From an uncultured Sphingobium sp. (lineage in GTDB: Bacteria > Pseudomonadota > Alphaproteobacteria > Sphingomonadales > Sphingomonadaceae), in the NCBI GenBank assembly GCA_964384275.1, contig CAYLKZ010000006.1, forward strand, positions 2,598 through 66,597: 64,000 nucleotides of DNA. The letters are read 5' to 3'. The notes beneath the pieces are model-generated. The model was not told the origin of the DNA and did not search any database. It worked only from the letters and a program-made list of their open reading frames with translations. The translations under genes and the position numbers were made by a program. This document shows, in pieces, positions 1 through 8,486 of this stretch. Numbering within the stretch: position 1 is the first letter of the stretch; every line of letters begins with the position of its first letter.

Positions 1-623
1 CCGCCGGGCAGTTGCACGGAATGGGTCGCGTCGAACACCACCGGACGCCCGGTTTCCGCCATGATCGCGAGGCCGCGCATGTCTACGACGAGATTATTAT
101 AACCGAAGCTCGTGCCCCGCTCGCACAGCGTCACGCAATCGCTCGACATGCCGGCGCGCTCCGCTGCCGCCATGGCCTTGGCGACGACCTGCTTCATGTC
201 GGCGGGGGCCATGAACTGCGCCTTCTTGATGTTGACGGGCTTGCCGCTCGCCGCCGCTGCTTCGATGAGGTCGGTCTGGCGGGCGAGGAAGGCCGGGGTC
301 TGGAGCATGTCCACCACATCGGCGGCGGCGCGCGCCTGCTCAGGGGTGTGGATATCGGTGAGGACGGGCAGGCCCGTCTCGCTGCGCACTTTTTCGAGGA
401 TGCGCAGCCCTTCTTCCAGCCCCGGTCCGCGAAAGGAGGCGCCGGAACTGCGATTGGCCTTGTCGAAGCTGCTCTTGTAGAAGAGCAGCACGCCGAGCCG
501 CTCGGCAATGGCCTTCAGCTTTTCCGCCGTGCTTAGCGCCAGCGCCTCGCTTTCAATGGCGCAAGGCCCCGAAATGAAGAAAAGCTGTTTGTCGGGCCCT
601 ATCTCCCGTCCAGCCAGATGCAT
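1..623 (-). CDS. kdsA: 3-deoxy-8-phosphooctulonate (KDO8P) synthase, runs off the left edge of the window
   Basis: Not in the ORF track. Manual translation from ATG at 623 gives [25 protein letters not shown]...[12 protein letters not shown]...[13 protein letters not shown]...NIKKAQF...[18 protein letters not shown]...[11 protein letters not shown], which carries the hallmark KdsA motifs. GGGGA RBS upstream. Confidence 0.95.
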   Translation of the reverse strand, partial: MHLAGREIGPDKQLFFISGPCAIESEALALSTAEKLKAIAERLGVLLFYKSSFDKANRSSGASFRGPGLEEGLRILEKVRSETGLPVLTDIHTPEQARAAADVVDMLQTPAFLARQTDLIEAAAASGKPVNIKKAQFMAPADMKQVVAKAMAAAERAGMSSDCVTLCERGTSFGYNNLVVDMRGLAIMAETGRPVVFDATHSVQLPG

Positions 624-644
624 GTCCGTCCCCTGTTATTGCCC

Positions 645-1448
645 TTATGCGATGCCGCGTGCCTTGAGGATCGTTTCGATCGGCGCGGTATCGGAGGGAT
701 TGTTGAGTTCGATTACGTCCCAGTCGGGCGGATCGGTCGCGACCACGTGGACCGGGATGCGATGGACGAGGAAGCGCAGTTGCTCCAGCCCCTCGATCCG
801 TTCGAGGTCGGTTTCGGGCGCGGCGAGATAGGCGGCGAGCGCTTCGCGCCTGTATGCATAAAGGCCGAGGTGCAGCAGCACCGGCGGGTCGCGTTCCAGA
901 TCGCTGCCCGGCGCGATATGCGGCATCACCCGCTTCGAGAAATAAAGCGCATTGCCGCTGGCATCGAGCACGGCGGTGGTGCCGCCGACCCGCCCCTCGG
1001 CCTGATCGGTGATGAGATGGCGGTAGGCGCTGGGGGAGCAGCGAACGGCGACGGTCGCGACCGGACAATCCGGGTTGGCGCGCATATGCGTGATCAGGCG
1101 CTCGACCAGATCGGGCGGGGTCAGCAGACCGTCGCCCTGAAAATTGACGATGATCTCCGTGTCGGCGGGCAGCGCGGAGAGGGCAGCTGCGGCTCGTTCG
1201 GTGCCGTTGCGGCAGGAAGACGGCGTCATGATGACCGCGCCGCCGAAATCGCGCACGACCGCGGCGATGCGCTCATCGTCGGTGGCGACATGGATGCCGC
1301 CATCGACGCCGCGAACCTGCGATGCGCCCTCATGACTGCGCTGCACCAGCGGCTTGGCGATGCCGGTTGCGCCGATGAGCGGGGCGAGCGGCTTGCCCGG
1401 AAAGCGGCTGGATTGATAGCGCGCGGGAATGATGATGGCGACGGTCAT
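645..1448 (-). CDS. kdsB: CMP-Kdo synthetase (3-deoxy-manno-octulosonate cytidylyltransferase, KdsB/KpsU)
   Basis: IIIPARYQSSRFPGKPL, VATDD, NGTER, VNFQGD, ALYFSK, HLGLYAY and LEQLRFL motifs; ATGA overlap with kdsD. Confidence 0.93.
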   Translation of the reverse strand: MTVAIIIPARYQSSRFPGKPLAPLIGATGIAKPLVQRSHEGASQVRGVDGGIHVATDDERIAAVVRDFGGAVIMTPSSCRNGTERAAAALSALPADTEIIVNFQGDGLLTPPDLVERLITHMRANPDCPVATVAVRCSPSAYRHLITDQAEGRVGGTTAVLDASGNALYFSKRVMPHIAPGSDLERDPPVLLHLGLYAYRREALAAYLAAPETDLERIEGLEQLRFLVHRIPVHVVATDPPDWDVIELNNPSDTAPIETILKARGIA

Positions 1449-2422
1449 GCGACTCCGGCGCGAAGCAGGTCGTGGATATGCAGGATGCCGACCGGGCGCT
1501 GGGCGATATCGACGACCGGCAGCGCGGAAATCTTGCGCTGGGTCATCAGCGCCAGCGCCTTGGCGGCGAGCATGTCCGGCTGGATTATCGCCGGACCGAT
1601 GGTGGCGACTTCGCCCGCTGTCCGCTCCATCAGATTTTTCATGTTACGGCGCAGGTCGCCATCGGTGATGACGCCGAGCAGCCGGCTCTCGTCATCCACG
1701 ACGATCGCAATGCCGAAGCCTTTGGCGGAAATGGTGAGCAACACGTCGCTCATCGGTGCTTCTGGGCGCACCAGCGGCAATTCGCCACGACGGTGCATCA
1801 GTTCATCGACCCGCGCCATCTGTGCGCCCAATTGCCCGCCGGGGTGGAAATCCTTGAAATCCTCCGGCGCGAAGCCGCGTGCTTCCATCAGCGCGATCGC
1901 CAGCGCATCGCCCAGCGCGATCATCATGGTGGTCGAGGTGGTGGGCGCCATGCCATTGGGGCAGGCTTCCGGAATGGCGGGCAGGGCGAGGCGATAATCG
2001 GCGGAGCGCATGATCGTGCTGTGCGGGCGGCTCGATATTGCGATGAGGGGAATGGAAAAGCGCCGCGTATAGGCCAGAATATCTCGCAGTTCCGTCGTTT
2101 CCCCCGAGTTGGAGAGCAGCAGGCACACATCTTCCTGCGTGATCGTGCCGAGATCGCCATGGCTCGCTTCCGCCGCATGGACGAAGTGAGACGGCGTGCC
2201 GGTGGAGGCGAGGGTGGCGGAAATCTTGCGGCCGATATGCCCGGACTTGCCGATGCCCGAAACGATTACGCGGCCTCTCGCGGCCAATATGGTCTCGACC
2301 GCATGTTCCAGATCCTGCGGGATGTGGCGGGTCAATATATCCAGCGCCTGCGCCTCGGCGATCAGCACCTGCCGCGCGGAGGCCATTATGGATATTTCGG
2401 TCTGATGTGCCGCTTCTGTCAT
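1445..2422 (-). CDS. kdsD: Arabinose-5-phosphate isomerase, KdsD/KpsF/GutQ family (SIS domain plus two CBS domains)
   Basis: GIGKSGHIGRKISATLASTGTPS, EASHGDLG, SNSGET, APTTST, FHPGGQLG, GVITDGDLRR. Confidence 0.92.
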   Translation of the reverse strand: MTEAAHQTEISIMASARQVLIAEAQALDILTRHIPQDLEHAVETILAARGRVIVSGIGKSGHIGRKISATLASTGTPSHFVHAAEASHGDLGTITQEDVCLLLSNSGETTELRDILAYTRRFSIPLIAISSRPHSTIMRSADYRLALPAIPEACPNGMAPTTSTTMMIALGDALAIALMEARGFAPEDFKDFHPGGQLGAQMARVDELMHRRGELPLVRPEAPMSDVLLTISAKGFGIAIVVDDESRLLGVITDGDLRRNMKNLMERTAGEVATIGPAIIQPDMLAAKALALMTQRKISALPVVDIAQRPVGILHIHDLLRAGVA

Positions 2423-2431
2423 TTGCTCGTG

Positions 2432-2460
2432 GTCTAGGGTATCTGGAGGGCCGGTTCAAG
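2432..2460 (-). promoter_or_regulatory. Putative RpoH-type promoter for the kds operon
   Basis: Minus strand reads CTTGAA-N15-CCCTAGAC, ending 9 nt before the kdsD ATG; no SD visible. Confidence 0.4.
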
Positions 2461-2470
2461 CAAAAGCCCG

Positions 2471-3421
2471 TCAGGCTGCGCCAGTCCGTATCCGTGTGAC
2501 GATGGCGAGAAAGATCGCGATCACGGCGCCGATCAGGAGGCCGACCATGGCGGAGAGCGTCGCGCTGGTGAGCCAGCCGAAAACAGGCCCCAGCACCCCG
2601 GTCGCCTTCTCCGCGCCCTGGGCCAGCGCTGCAATGGGGTGGCCAGGGAAGGGCAGGCCCAGAGTCTCCAGCCCATGCACGATGATGCCGCCGCCCACCC
2701 AGAGCATCGCGATGGTGCCGATGATCGCCAGCGCGGCCAATATCCTCGGCATCGCATGGACCAGCGCTTGACCGAGCGGCTTTACCGAAGGCGCGCCTTC
2801 TTCATAGAGGTGCAGGCCGACATCATCCATCTTCACGATGAGCGCGACCACGCCATAGACCCCGACCGTGATCAGCAAACTGACGACGACAAGGATCAGC
2901 GCCTGTTCCCATAGGGGTGTTGCCGCGACAGTGGCGAGCGCGATGGCCATGATTTCCGCCGACAGGATGAGGTCGGTGCGCACCGCGCCGGAGATGGTCG
3001 CCTGCTCGATATGCGCCGGGTCGGCGTGGGGGTTGTCGTCCCCGCCTTCCTCATGCTCCTGATGCGGCAGCCATTTGGCGAGGATCTTTTCCGCGCCCTC
3101 GAAACAGAGATAGGCGCCCCCCATCATCAGCAGCGGCGTCAATGCCCATGGCGCGAGGGCGCTCAACAATAGCGCGGCGGGCAGCAGAAAGACGAGCTTG
3201 TTGCGGATCGATCCCAGCGCGATCCGGCCGATGATCGGTAATTCCCGCTCGGGCCGCAGGCCGGTGACGTAGCGCGGGGTGACTGCGGCGTCATCGATCA
3301 CGACTCCGGCTGCCTTGGCGCTGGCCTTGGTGGCAGCCGCGCCCACATCGTCGATCGATGCGGCGGCGAGCTTGGCGAGGGCGGCGATATCGTCGAGCAG
3401 GGCGATCAGGCCGACGGACAT
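2471..3421 (-). CDS. DUF808 (YedI-like) inner membrane protein
   Basis: Start trimmed to MSVGLIALLDDIAAL; KAAGVVIDDAAVTP, ERELPII, GGAYLCFEGAEK, GAVRTDLILSAEIM, IVKMDDVG, AMLWVGGGI. Confidence 0.88.
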   Translation of the reverse strand: MSVGLIALLDDIAALAKLAAASIDDVGAAATKASAKAAGVVIDDAAVTPRYVTGLRPERELPIIGRIALGSIRNKLVFLLPAALLLSALAPWALTPLLMMGGAYLCFEGAEKILAKWLPHQEHEEGGDDNPHADPAHIEQATISGAVRTDLILSAEIMAIALATVAATPLWEQALILVVVSLLITVGVYGVVALIVKMDDVGLHLYEEGAPSVKPLGQALVHAMPRILAALAIIGTIAMLWVGGGIIVHGLETLGLPFPGHPIAALAQGAEKATGVLGPVFGWLTSATLSAMVGLLIGAVIAIFLAIVTRIRTGAA

Positions 3422-3597
3422 AAGATCACTTTCGCGGTTGGAGCGGGACGCAGCCTTGGCCTGCCGTGGCGGCGGCGTCAACCGATGGAGGGTTCGGACC
3501 GAACGAAAAAAAAGGAGGCCGGCAACAGTGAGGCCCAGGGGCCTTTCTTGCGCCTTCGCCATCGGCTAGGCAGGGAAAAAGCGAAAAGGCATGCACG

Positions 3598-5856
3598 ATG
3601 TTCCGTTCCCTGCTTCCCCTCACCCTTGCCGGAGTTATAGCGATGAATACCCCCGTTGCGGCTCGGGACAAGTCCGCCCCGGCACAGGCCGCCACGCCGC
3701 GGAAACTGACGCTGGAGCGCATTTATTCCAGCCCCGATCTGGCTGGCGTTCAGCCGCGCGCGCTTAAGATCTCTCCCGATGGCAAGCTCGTTACGCTGCT
3801 GCGCAACCGTCCGCAGGACAGGGATCGTTACGACCTCTGGGCGATCGACACGGGGAGCGGCAAGGAATGGATGCTGGTCGATTCGCTGAAGCTCGGCAGC
3901 GGGGCGGAGCTTTCGGAGGCGGAGAAAATGCAGCGCGAGCGGGCGCGGATCGGCGGCACACGAGGGATCGTCGCCTATGACTGGGCGGCGGACGGGCGGC
4001 ATATCCTCGTGCCGATCGATGGCGACCTCTATCTCGCCGATACCGCAGGCGCGGTGGTGCGCCTCACCGACACGCCCGAGGGCGAACTGAACGCGGCTGT
4101 CAGCCCGCGCGGGCGCTATGCGTCCTTCGTGCGGGGCGGCAATGTGGTCGTCACGGATCTTGCCAGCAAGACCGAGCGTCAACTGACCGACGGCGCCAGA
4201 GATACGATCAGCTGGGGCGTCGCCGAGTTCGTCGCGCAGGAGGAAATGGATCGCACCGCCGGCTATTGGTGGGCGCCGGACGACAGCCGCATCGCGGTGG
4301 AGCGGGTCGATGAAAGCGGCGTCGGCATAGTCAACCGCGCGGCGATTGGCGCGGAGGGCACGAAAATCTATCCGCAGCGCTACCCGGCGGCGGGCGCGCC
4401 CAATGCGATGGTCGAGCTTTATGTGATCGATCCGGTGAGCAAGGCGCGGGTGAAGGTGGATCTGGGCAAGGAGCGTGATATCTATCTCGCCCGCGTCCAC
4501 TGGTCGCAGGATGGCAAGACCCTCTATGTCCAGCGCCAGAGCCGGGATCAGAAGCGGCTCGATCTGCTGGCGGTCGATCCGGCGACCGGTGGGTCGAAGG
4601 TGATCCTGACCGAGACGGCAAAGACCTGGATCAACCTGAGCAATGCCTTTCGCGCGCTTCATGACGGCAGCTTCCTCTGGTGGTCGGAAAAGACCGGCCA
4701 TGGCCATCTCTACCGCGTGAAGGATGGCCGCTGGACCGCGCTCACCAGCGGCGCGTGGGAGGTGAAGGAAGTGATCGGCGTCGATGAGAAGCGCGGTGTC
4801 GTGACCTTCACGGGCAATCGCGAAACTCCGCTGGAACAGCAGGTCTACAGCGCGTCGCTCGATGGCAAGGGCGAGGTGCGGCTGCTCAGCGAAAAGGGCT
4901 GGTGGAATGCGGGCGTGATGGACGGTTCGGGAAGCCGCATGTTGCTCTCCCGCTCCAGCAGCGATCAGCCGATGCAGATCTATCTCGCCGACCGGGAGGG
5001 CAAGCGGCTGCGCTGGCTCTCCGAAAATCGGGTCGAGGGCGATCATCCCTATGCCCCCTACAAGGCCGCGCATGTGCCCACGCAGTTCGGCACGATCAAG
5101 GCTGCCGACGGCACGACGCTCTATACCAGGCTGCTGACGCCGCCGCTGGAGCAAGGCAGGCGCTATCCCGTGTTCATGATCCATTATGGCGGCCCCGGCG
5201 GCGGACGGCAGGTGACGAACCAGTGGACAGGCGCCTTGCAGCATTATCTGGTCCAGCAGGGCTGGGTGGTGTTCGCGGTAGATAATCGCGGCACGCCCGA
5301 CCGGGGCAAGGCGTTTGAGGACCCCATCTATCACGCGATGGGCACGGTCGAGGTGGCGGATCAACTGGCCGGGGTCGAGTGGCTGAAGAAGCAGGGCTTC
5401 GTCGATCCGGCACGGATCGCGACCTATGGCTGGTCCTATGGCGGCTATATGACGCTCAAGCTGCTGGAAAAGGCGCCCGGCGTGTTCGCGGCGGGCATTT
5501 CCGGCGCGCCAGTCACCAAATGGGAGCTTTACGATACCCATTATACCGAGCGCTATCTCGGCGATCCCAAGGCGAAGAACAGCGCCTATCCGGCCTCTAA
5601 CGCCTTAGCCGAAGCGGGCAAGATCGCCGATCCGCTGCTGTTGATCCACGGCATGGCCGACGATAATGTGGTGCTGGAACATTCGACCGCGTTCATGAGC
5701 GCGATGCAGGAATTGGGCAAGCCGTTCGACCTGATGCTCTATCCGGGCCAGACCCATCGCTTTGCCGGGGAAGGCCCCAATGTCCATATATGGCGGATGA
5801 TCGAGCAGTTCCTTGCCCGCACCGGCGTCGCGCCTGGCGTGGATAAAGCGCAATAG
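3598..5856 (+). CDS. S9B family dipeptidyl peptidase IV-like serine peptidase, exported
   Basis: N-terminal signal peptide, EFVAQEEM double-Glu motif, YGGPG, GWSYGG nucleophile, HGMADDNV and YPGQTH catalytic Asp/His. Confidence 0.9.
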   Translation: MFRSLLPLTLAGVIAMNTPVAARDKSAPAQAATPRKLTLERIYSSPDLAGVQPRALKISPDGKLVTLLRNRPQDRDRYDLWAIDTGSGKEWMLVDSLKLGSGAELSEAEKMQRERARIGGTRGIVAYDWAADGRHILVPIDGDLYLADTAGAVVRLTDTPEGELNAAVSPRGRYASFVRGGNVVVTDLASKTERQLTDGARDTISWGVAEFVAQEEMDRTAGYWWAPDDSRIAVERVDESGVGIVNRAAIGAEGTKIYPQRYPAAGAPNAMVELYVIDPVSKARVKVDLGKERDIYLARVHWSQDGKTLYVQRQSRDQKRLDLLAVDPATGGSKVILTETAKTWINLSNAFRALHDGSFLWWSEKTGHGHLYRVKDGRWTALTSGAWEVKEVIGVDEKRGVVTFTGNRETPLEQQVYSASLDGKGEVRLLSEKGWWNAGVMDGSGSRMLLSRSSSDQPMQIYLADREGKRLRWLSENRVEGDHPYAPYKAAHVPTQFGTIKAADGTTLYTRLLTPPLEQGRRYPVFMIHYGGPGGGRQVTNQWTGALQHYLVQQGWVVFAVDNRGTPDRGKAFEDPIYHAMGTVEVADQLAGVEWLKKQGFVDPARIATYGWSYGGYMTLKLLEKAPGVFAAGISGAPVTKWELYDTHYTERYLGDPKAKNSAYPASNALAEAGKIADPLLLIHGMADDNVVLEHSTAFMSAMQELGKPFDLMLYPGQTHRFAGEGPNVHIWRMIEQFLARTGVAPGVDKAQ

Positions 5857-6003
5857 GGGAGGGTGGGCGGTGCTTGCCGCAATATAGGTAAGCATTTATT
5901 CCCTATGTGGAATAAGGGGTGCGATTCCGCTTTTCGTTTGCCCGAATTTGGGCTATCGCGCCGCTCTCGATACCGTATCGAGATCATCTGATGGAGTATT
6001 GAA

Positions 6004-7029
6004 TTGGGCTATCGCGTCGTCGTCGTCGGTGCCACCGGGAATGTGGGCCGTGAAATGCTGAACATCCTTGCCGAGCGGGAATTCCCCGCCGATGAGATTG
6101 CGGCCGTTGCTTCGCCGCGCTCGACCGGCATGGAAATCGACTATGGCGACACTGGGCGAAAACTCAAAGTCAAGAATATCGAGCATTTCGATTTCACGGG
6201 CTGGGATATGGCGCTGTTCGCGGCCGGTTCCGGCCCGACCAAGGAATATGCGCCCAAGGCCGCGGCGGCTGGCTGCGTCGTCATCGACAACAGCTCGCTG
6301 TTCCGCATGGACCCGGATGTGCCCCTGATCGTGCCGGAAGTGAACCCGGAGGCGATCGACGGTTATAAGAAGAAGAACATCATCGCCAACCCCAATTGCT
6401 CGACCGCGCAGATGGTCGTGGCGCTGAAGCCCCTGCACGATGCCGCAAAGATCAAGCGCGTCGTCGTCTCGACCTATCAGTCGGTGTCGGGCGCGGGCAA
6501 GGAAGGCATGGACGAGCTGTTCGAGCAGTCGCGCAACATCTTCGTCGGCGATCCGGCAGAGCCCAAGAAGTTCACCAAGCAGATCGCCTTCAACGTGATC
6601 CCGCACATCGACGTCTTCCTGGACGATGGCTACACCAAGGAAGAGTGGAAGATGGTGGTCGAGACCAAGAAGATCCTCGATCCCGCGATCAAGCTGACCG
6701 CGACCTGCGTGCGCGTGCCGGTGTTCCTCGGTCATAGCGAGGCGATCAACATCGAGTTCGAAAATGAAATCTCGGCAAAGGAAGCGCAGGACATCCTGCG
6801 CGAGGCGCCGGGGATCATGCTCGTCGATAAGCGCGAGGATGGCGGCTATGTGACGCCGGTGGAAGCAGCCGGCGATTCCGCCACTTATATCAGCCGCGTA
6901 CGCGAGGATCCGACCGTCGAGAACGGCCTCGTCCTCTGGTGCGTCAGCGACAATCTGCGCAAGGGCGCAGCGCTCAACGCGGTGCAGATCGCGGAATTGC
7001 TGGGCCGCCGTCACCTGAAGAAGGGCTGA
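6004..7029 (+). CDS. asd: Aspartate-semialdehyde dehydrogenase
   Basis: VVGATGNVG, IDNSSLFRM, ANPNCST, YQSVSGAG, CVRVPV..GHSE, DNLRKGAALNAVQIAE; TTG start after GGAG RBS. Confidence 0.96.
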   Translation: MGYRVVVVGATGNVGREMLNILAEREFPADEIAAVASPRSTGMEIDYGDTGRKLKVKNIEHFDFTGWDMALFAAGSGPTKEYAPKAAAAGCVVIDNSSLFRMDPDVPLIVPEVNPEAIDGYKKKNIIANPNCSTAQMVVALKPLHDAAKIKRVVVSTYQSVSGAGKEGMDELFEQSRNIFVGDPAEPKKFTKQIAFNVIPHIDVFLDDGYTKEEWKMVVETKKILDPAIKLTATCVRVPVFLGHSEAINIEFENEISAKEAQDILREAPGIMLVDKREDGGYVTPVEAAGDSATYISRVREDPTVENGLVLWCVSDNLRKGAALNAVQIAELLGRRHLKKG

Positions 7030-7039
7030 CGGGCGGCGC

Positions 7040-7672
7040 ATGGGCGTGGCGAGGCTCTGGCAAGGGCTACCCGCCGCCCAGCGCGCGACGATCATTTTCG
7101 TGATATTCGCGGTGGGGCTGGCCAATATCGGTCAGCCCTATCCGCATCTGGCGCCTCTCCAGCATCTGCCCACAGTGGCGGTGGTCCTGATCGCGCCATG
7201 GGCGATACGCCGCTGGCAACTCTCAACCGGGAGCGTCGTGGCGATCGGGTTCTTCTTCCTCGTTCATACGCTGGGCGGGCGCTATATCTATTCCTGCATG
7301 CCCTATGATGACTGGGCCAACCTGCTCACCGGCAGGACGATTTCTGATCGCTTCGGCTGGAGCCGCAACCATTATGACCGGCTGGTGCATTTCCTGTTCG
7401 GCCTGCTCTGGACGTTGCCGGTCCGGCAGGCGCTGGTCAGAAGGCATGGCATAGCATCGGGGCTGGCGCTGTTCATGGGGTTTGCATTTATCGGGCTGGT
7501 AAGCGCGCTCTATGAGATTTTCGAATGGGCGCTGACGCTCTTCGCCGCTGGCGACACGGCCGACTATTATAATGGGCAGCAAGGCGATATGTGGGATGCG
7601 CAAAAGGACATGGCGCTCGCGCAGGCGGGTAGCCTTGCCGCGGTGATATGGGCCAGATCGAGGAAGATATGA
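7040..7672 (+). CDS. DUF2238 (YjdF-like) membrane protein
   Basis: Several hydrophobic helices; H..GGRYIYS, RNHYDRLVHF, YEIFEW, GQQGDMWDAQKDM. Confidence 0.8.
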   Translation: MGVARLWQGLPAAQRATIIFVIFAVGLANIGQPYPHLAPLQHLPTVAVVLIAPWAIRRWQLSTGSVVAIGFFFLVHTLGGRYIYSCMPYDDWANLLTGRTISDRFGWSRNHYDRLVHFLFGLLWTLPVRQALVRRHGIASGLALFMGFAFIGLVSALYEIFEWALTLFAAGDTADYYNGQQGDMWDAQKDMALAQAGSLAAVIWARSRKI

Positions 7673-8430
7673 CGGACGTTCGCACTTATTCCCTCCCCGG
7701 TTTCGATGGCGCGGCGCTCGCCGTGCATGAGGTGGGGGATGAGGGCGCGCGGCCCTTTTTCCTGATGCATGGCCTGTTTTCCAGCGCGCAGGTGAACTGG
7801 ATCAAATATGGCCATGCCGCGACCATAGCGGCGGGCGGCTATCGGGTCATCATGCCCGATTTTCGCGCTCATGGGCTGTCGGCGGCGCCGCATGATCCCG
7901 CCGCCTATCCCGATTTCGTGCTGGTGAAGGACATGCTGGCGCTGCTCGATCATCTGCATCTGCCGGATTTCGACCTTGGCGGCTTTTCGCTTGGCGCGCG
8001 GACGACGGCGGGGCTGCTGGTCGCGGGCGTGCATCCGCGCAAGGCGGTGCTGGCGGGCATGGGTCTTGCCGGGCTAGACCGTTGGTCGGGCCGCAGCCGC
8101 TTCTATCTTGACGCGATCGCGATGCGGGAGACCGTGAAGCGGGATGACCCGCATTTCATGGCGGTGATGTTCATGAAAACGATGAAGATCGACCCCGAGG
8201 CCGCCCGTCTGCTGCTCGAATCGAGCGCGGACATCGATGTCGAGGCGCTGAAGCGGCTGGAGCTTCCCATCGGCGTGGTGTGCGGCGATGAGGATCAGGA
8301 CAACGGCTCCGCCATCGAGCTTGCCGCCGCGCTCGCCAATGCCCGCTACAGCGAGGTGCTGGGCACGCATATGAGCTGCATCGCCAAGCCGGAACTGGGG
8401 CAGGCGATCCGTGATTTCCTGAACGATTGA
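7669..8430 (+). CDS. Alpha/beta fold hydrolase
   Basis: HGLFS, DFRAHGLS, GFSLG nucleophile elbow, terminal GTH; ATGA overlap with the upstream gene. Confidence 0.85.
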   Translation: MTDVRTYSLPGFDGAALAVHEVGDEGARPFFLMHGLFSSAQVNWIKYGHAATIAAGGYRVIMPDFRAHGLSAAPHDPAAYPDFVLVKDMLALLDHLHLPDFDLGGFSLGARTTAGLLVAGVHPRKAVLAGMGLAGLDRWSGRSRFYLDAIAMRETVKRDDPHFMAVMFMKTMKIDPEAARLLLESSADIDVEALKRLELPIGVVCGDEDQDNGSAIELAAALANARYSEVLGTHMSCIAKPELGQAIRDFLND

Positions 8431-8486
8431 CCTTGCAGGACCGGCGGGTGCACAATGCCGCCCGTCGGGTACTGAAAGGGAAAAAT

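Noticed and set aside
3422-3597. A-tract and GC stems between the DUF808 gene and the S9 peptidase, considered as a riboswitch or attenuator
   Set aside because: No known aptamer motif recognised. The stems are imperfect and compatible with an ordinary divergent promoter region.
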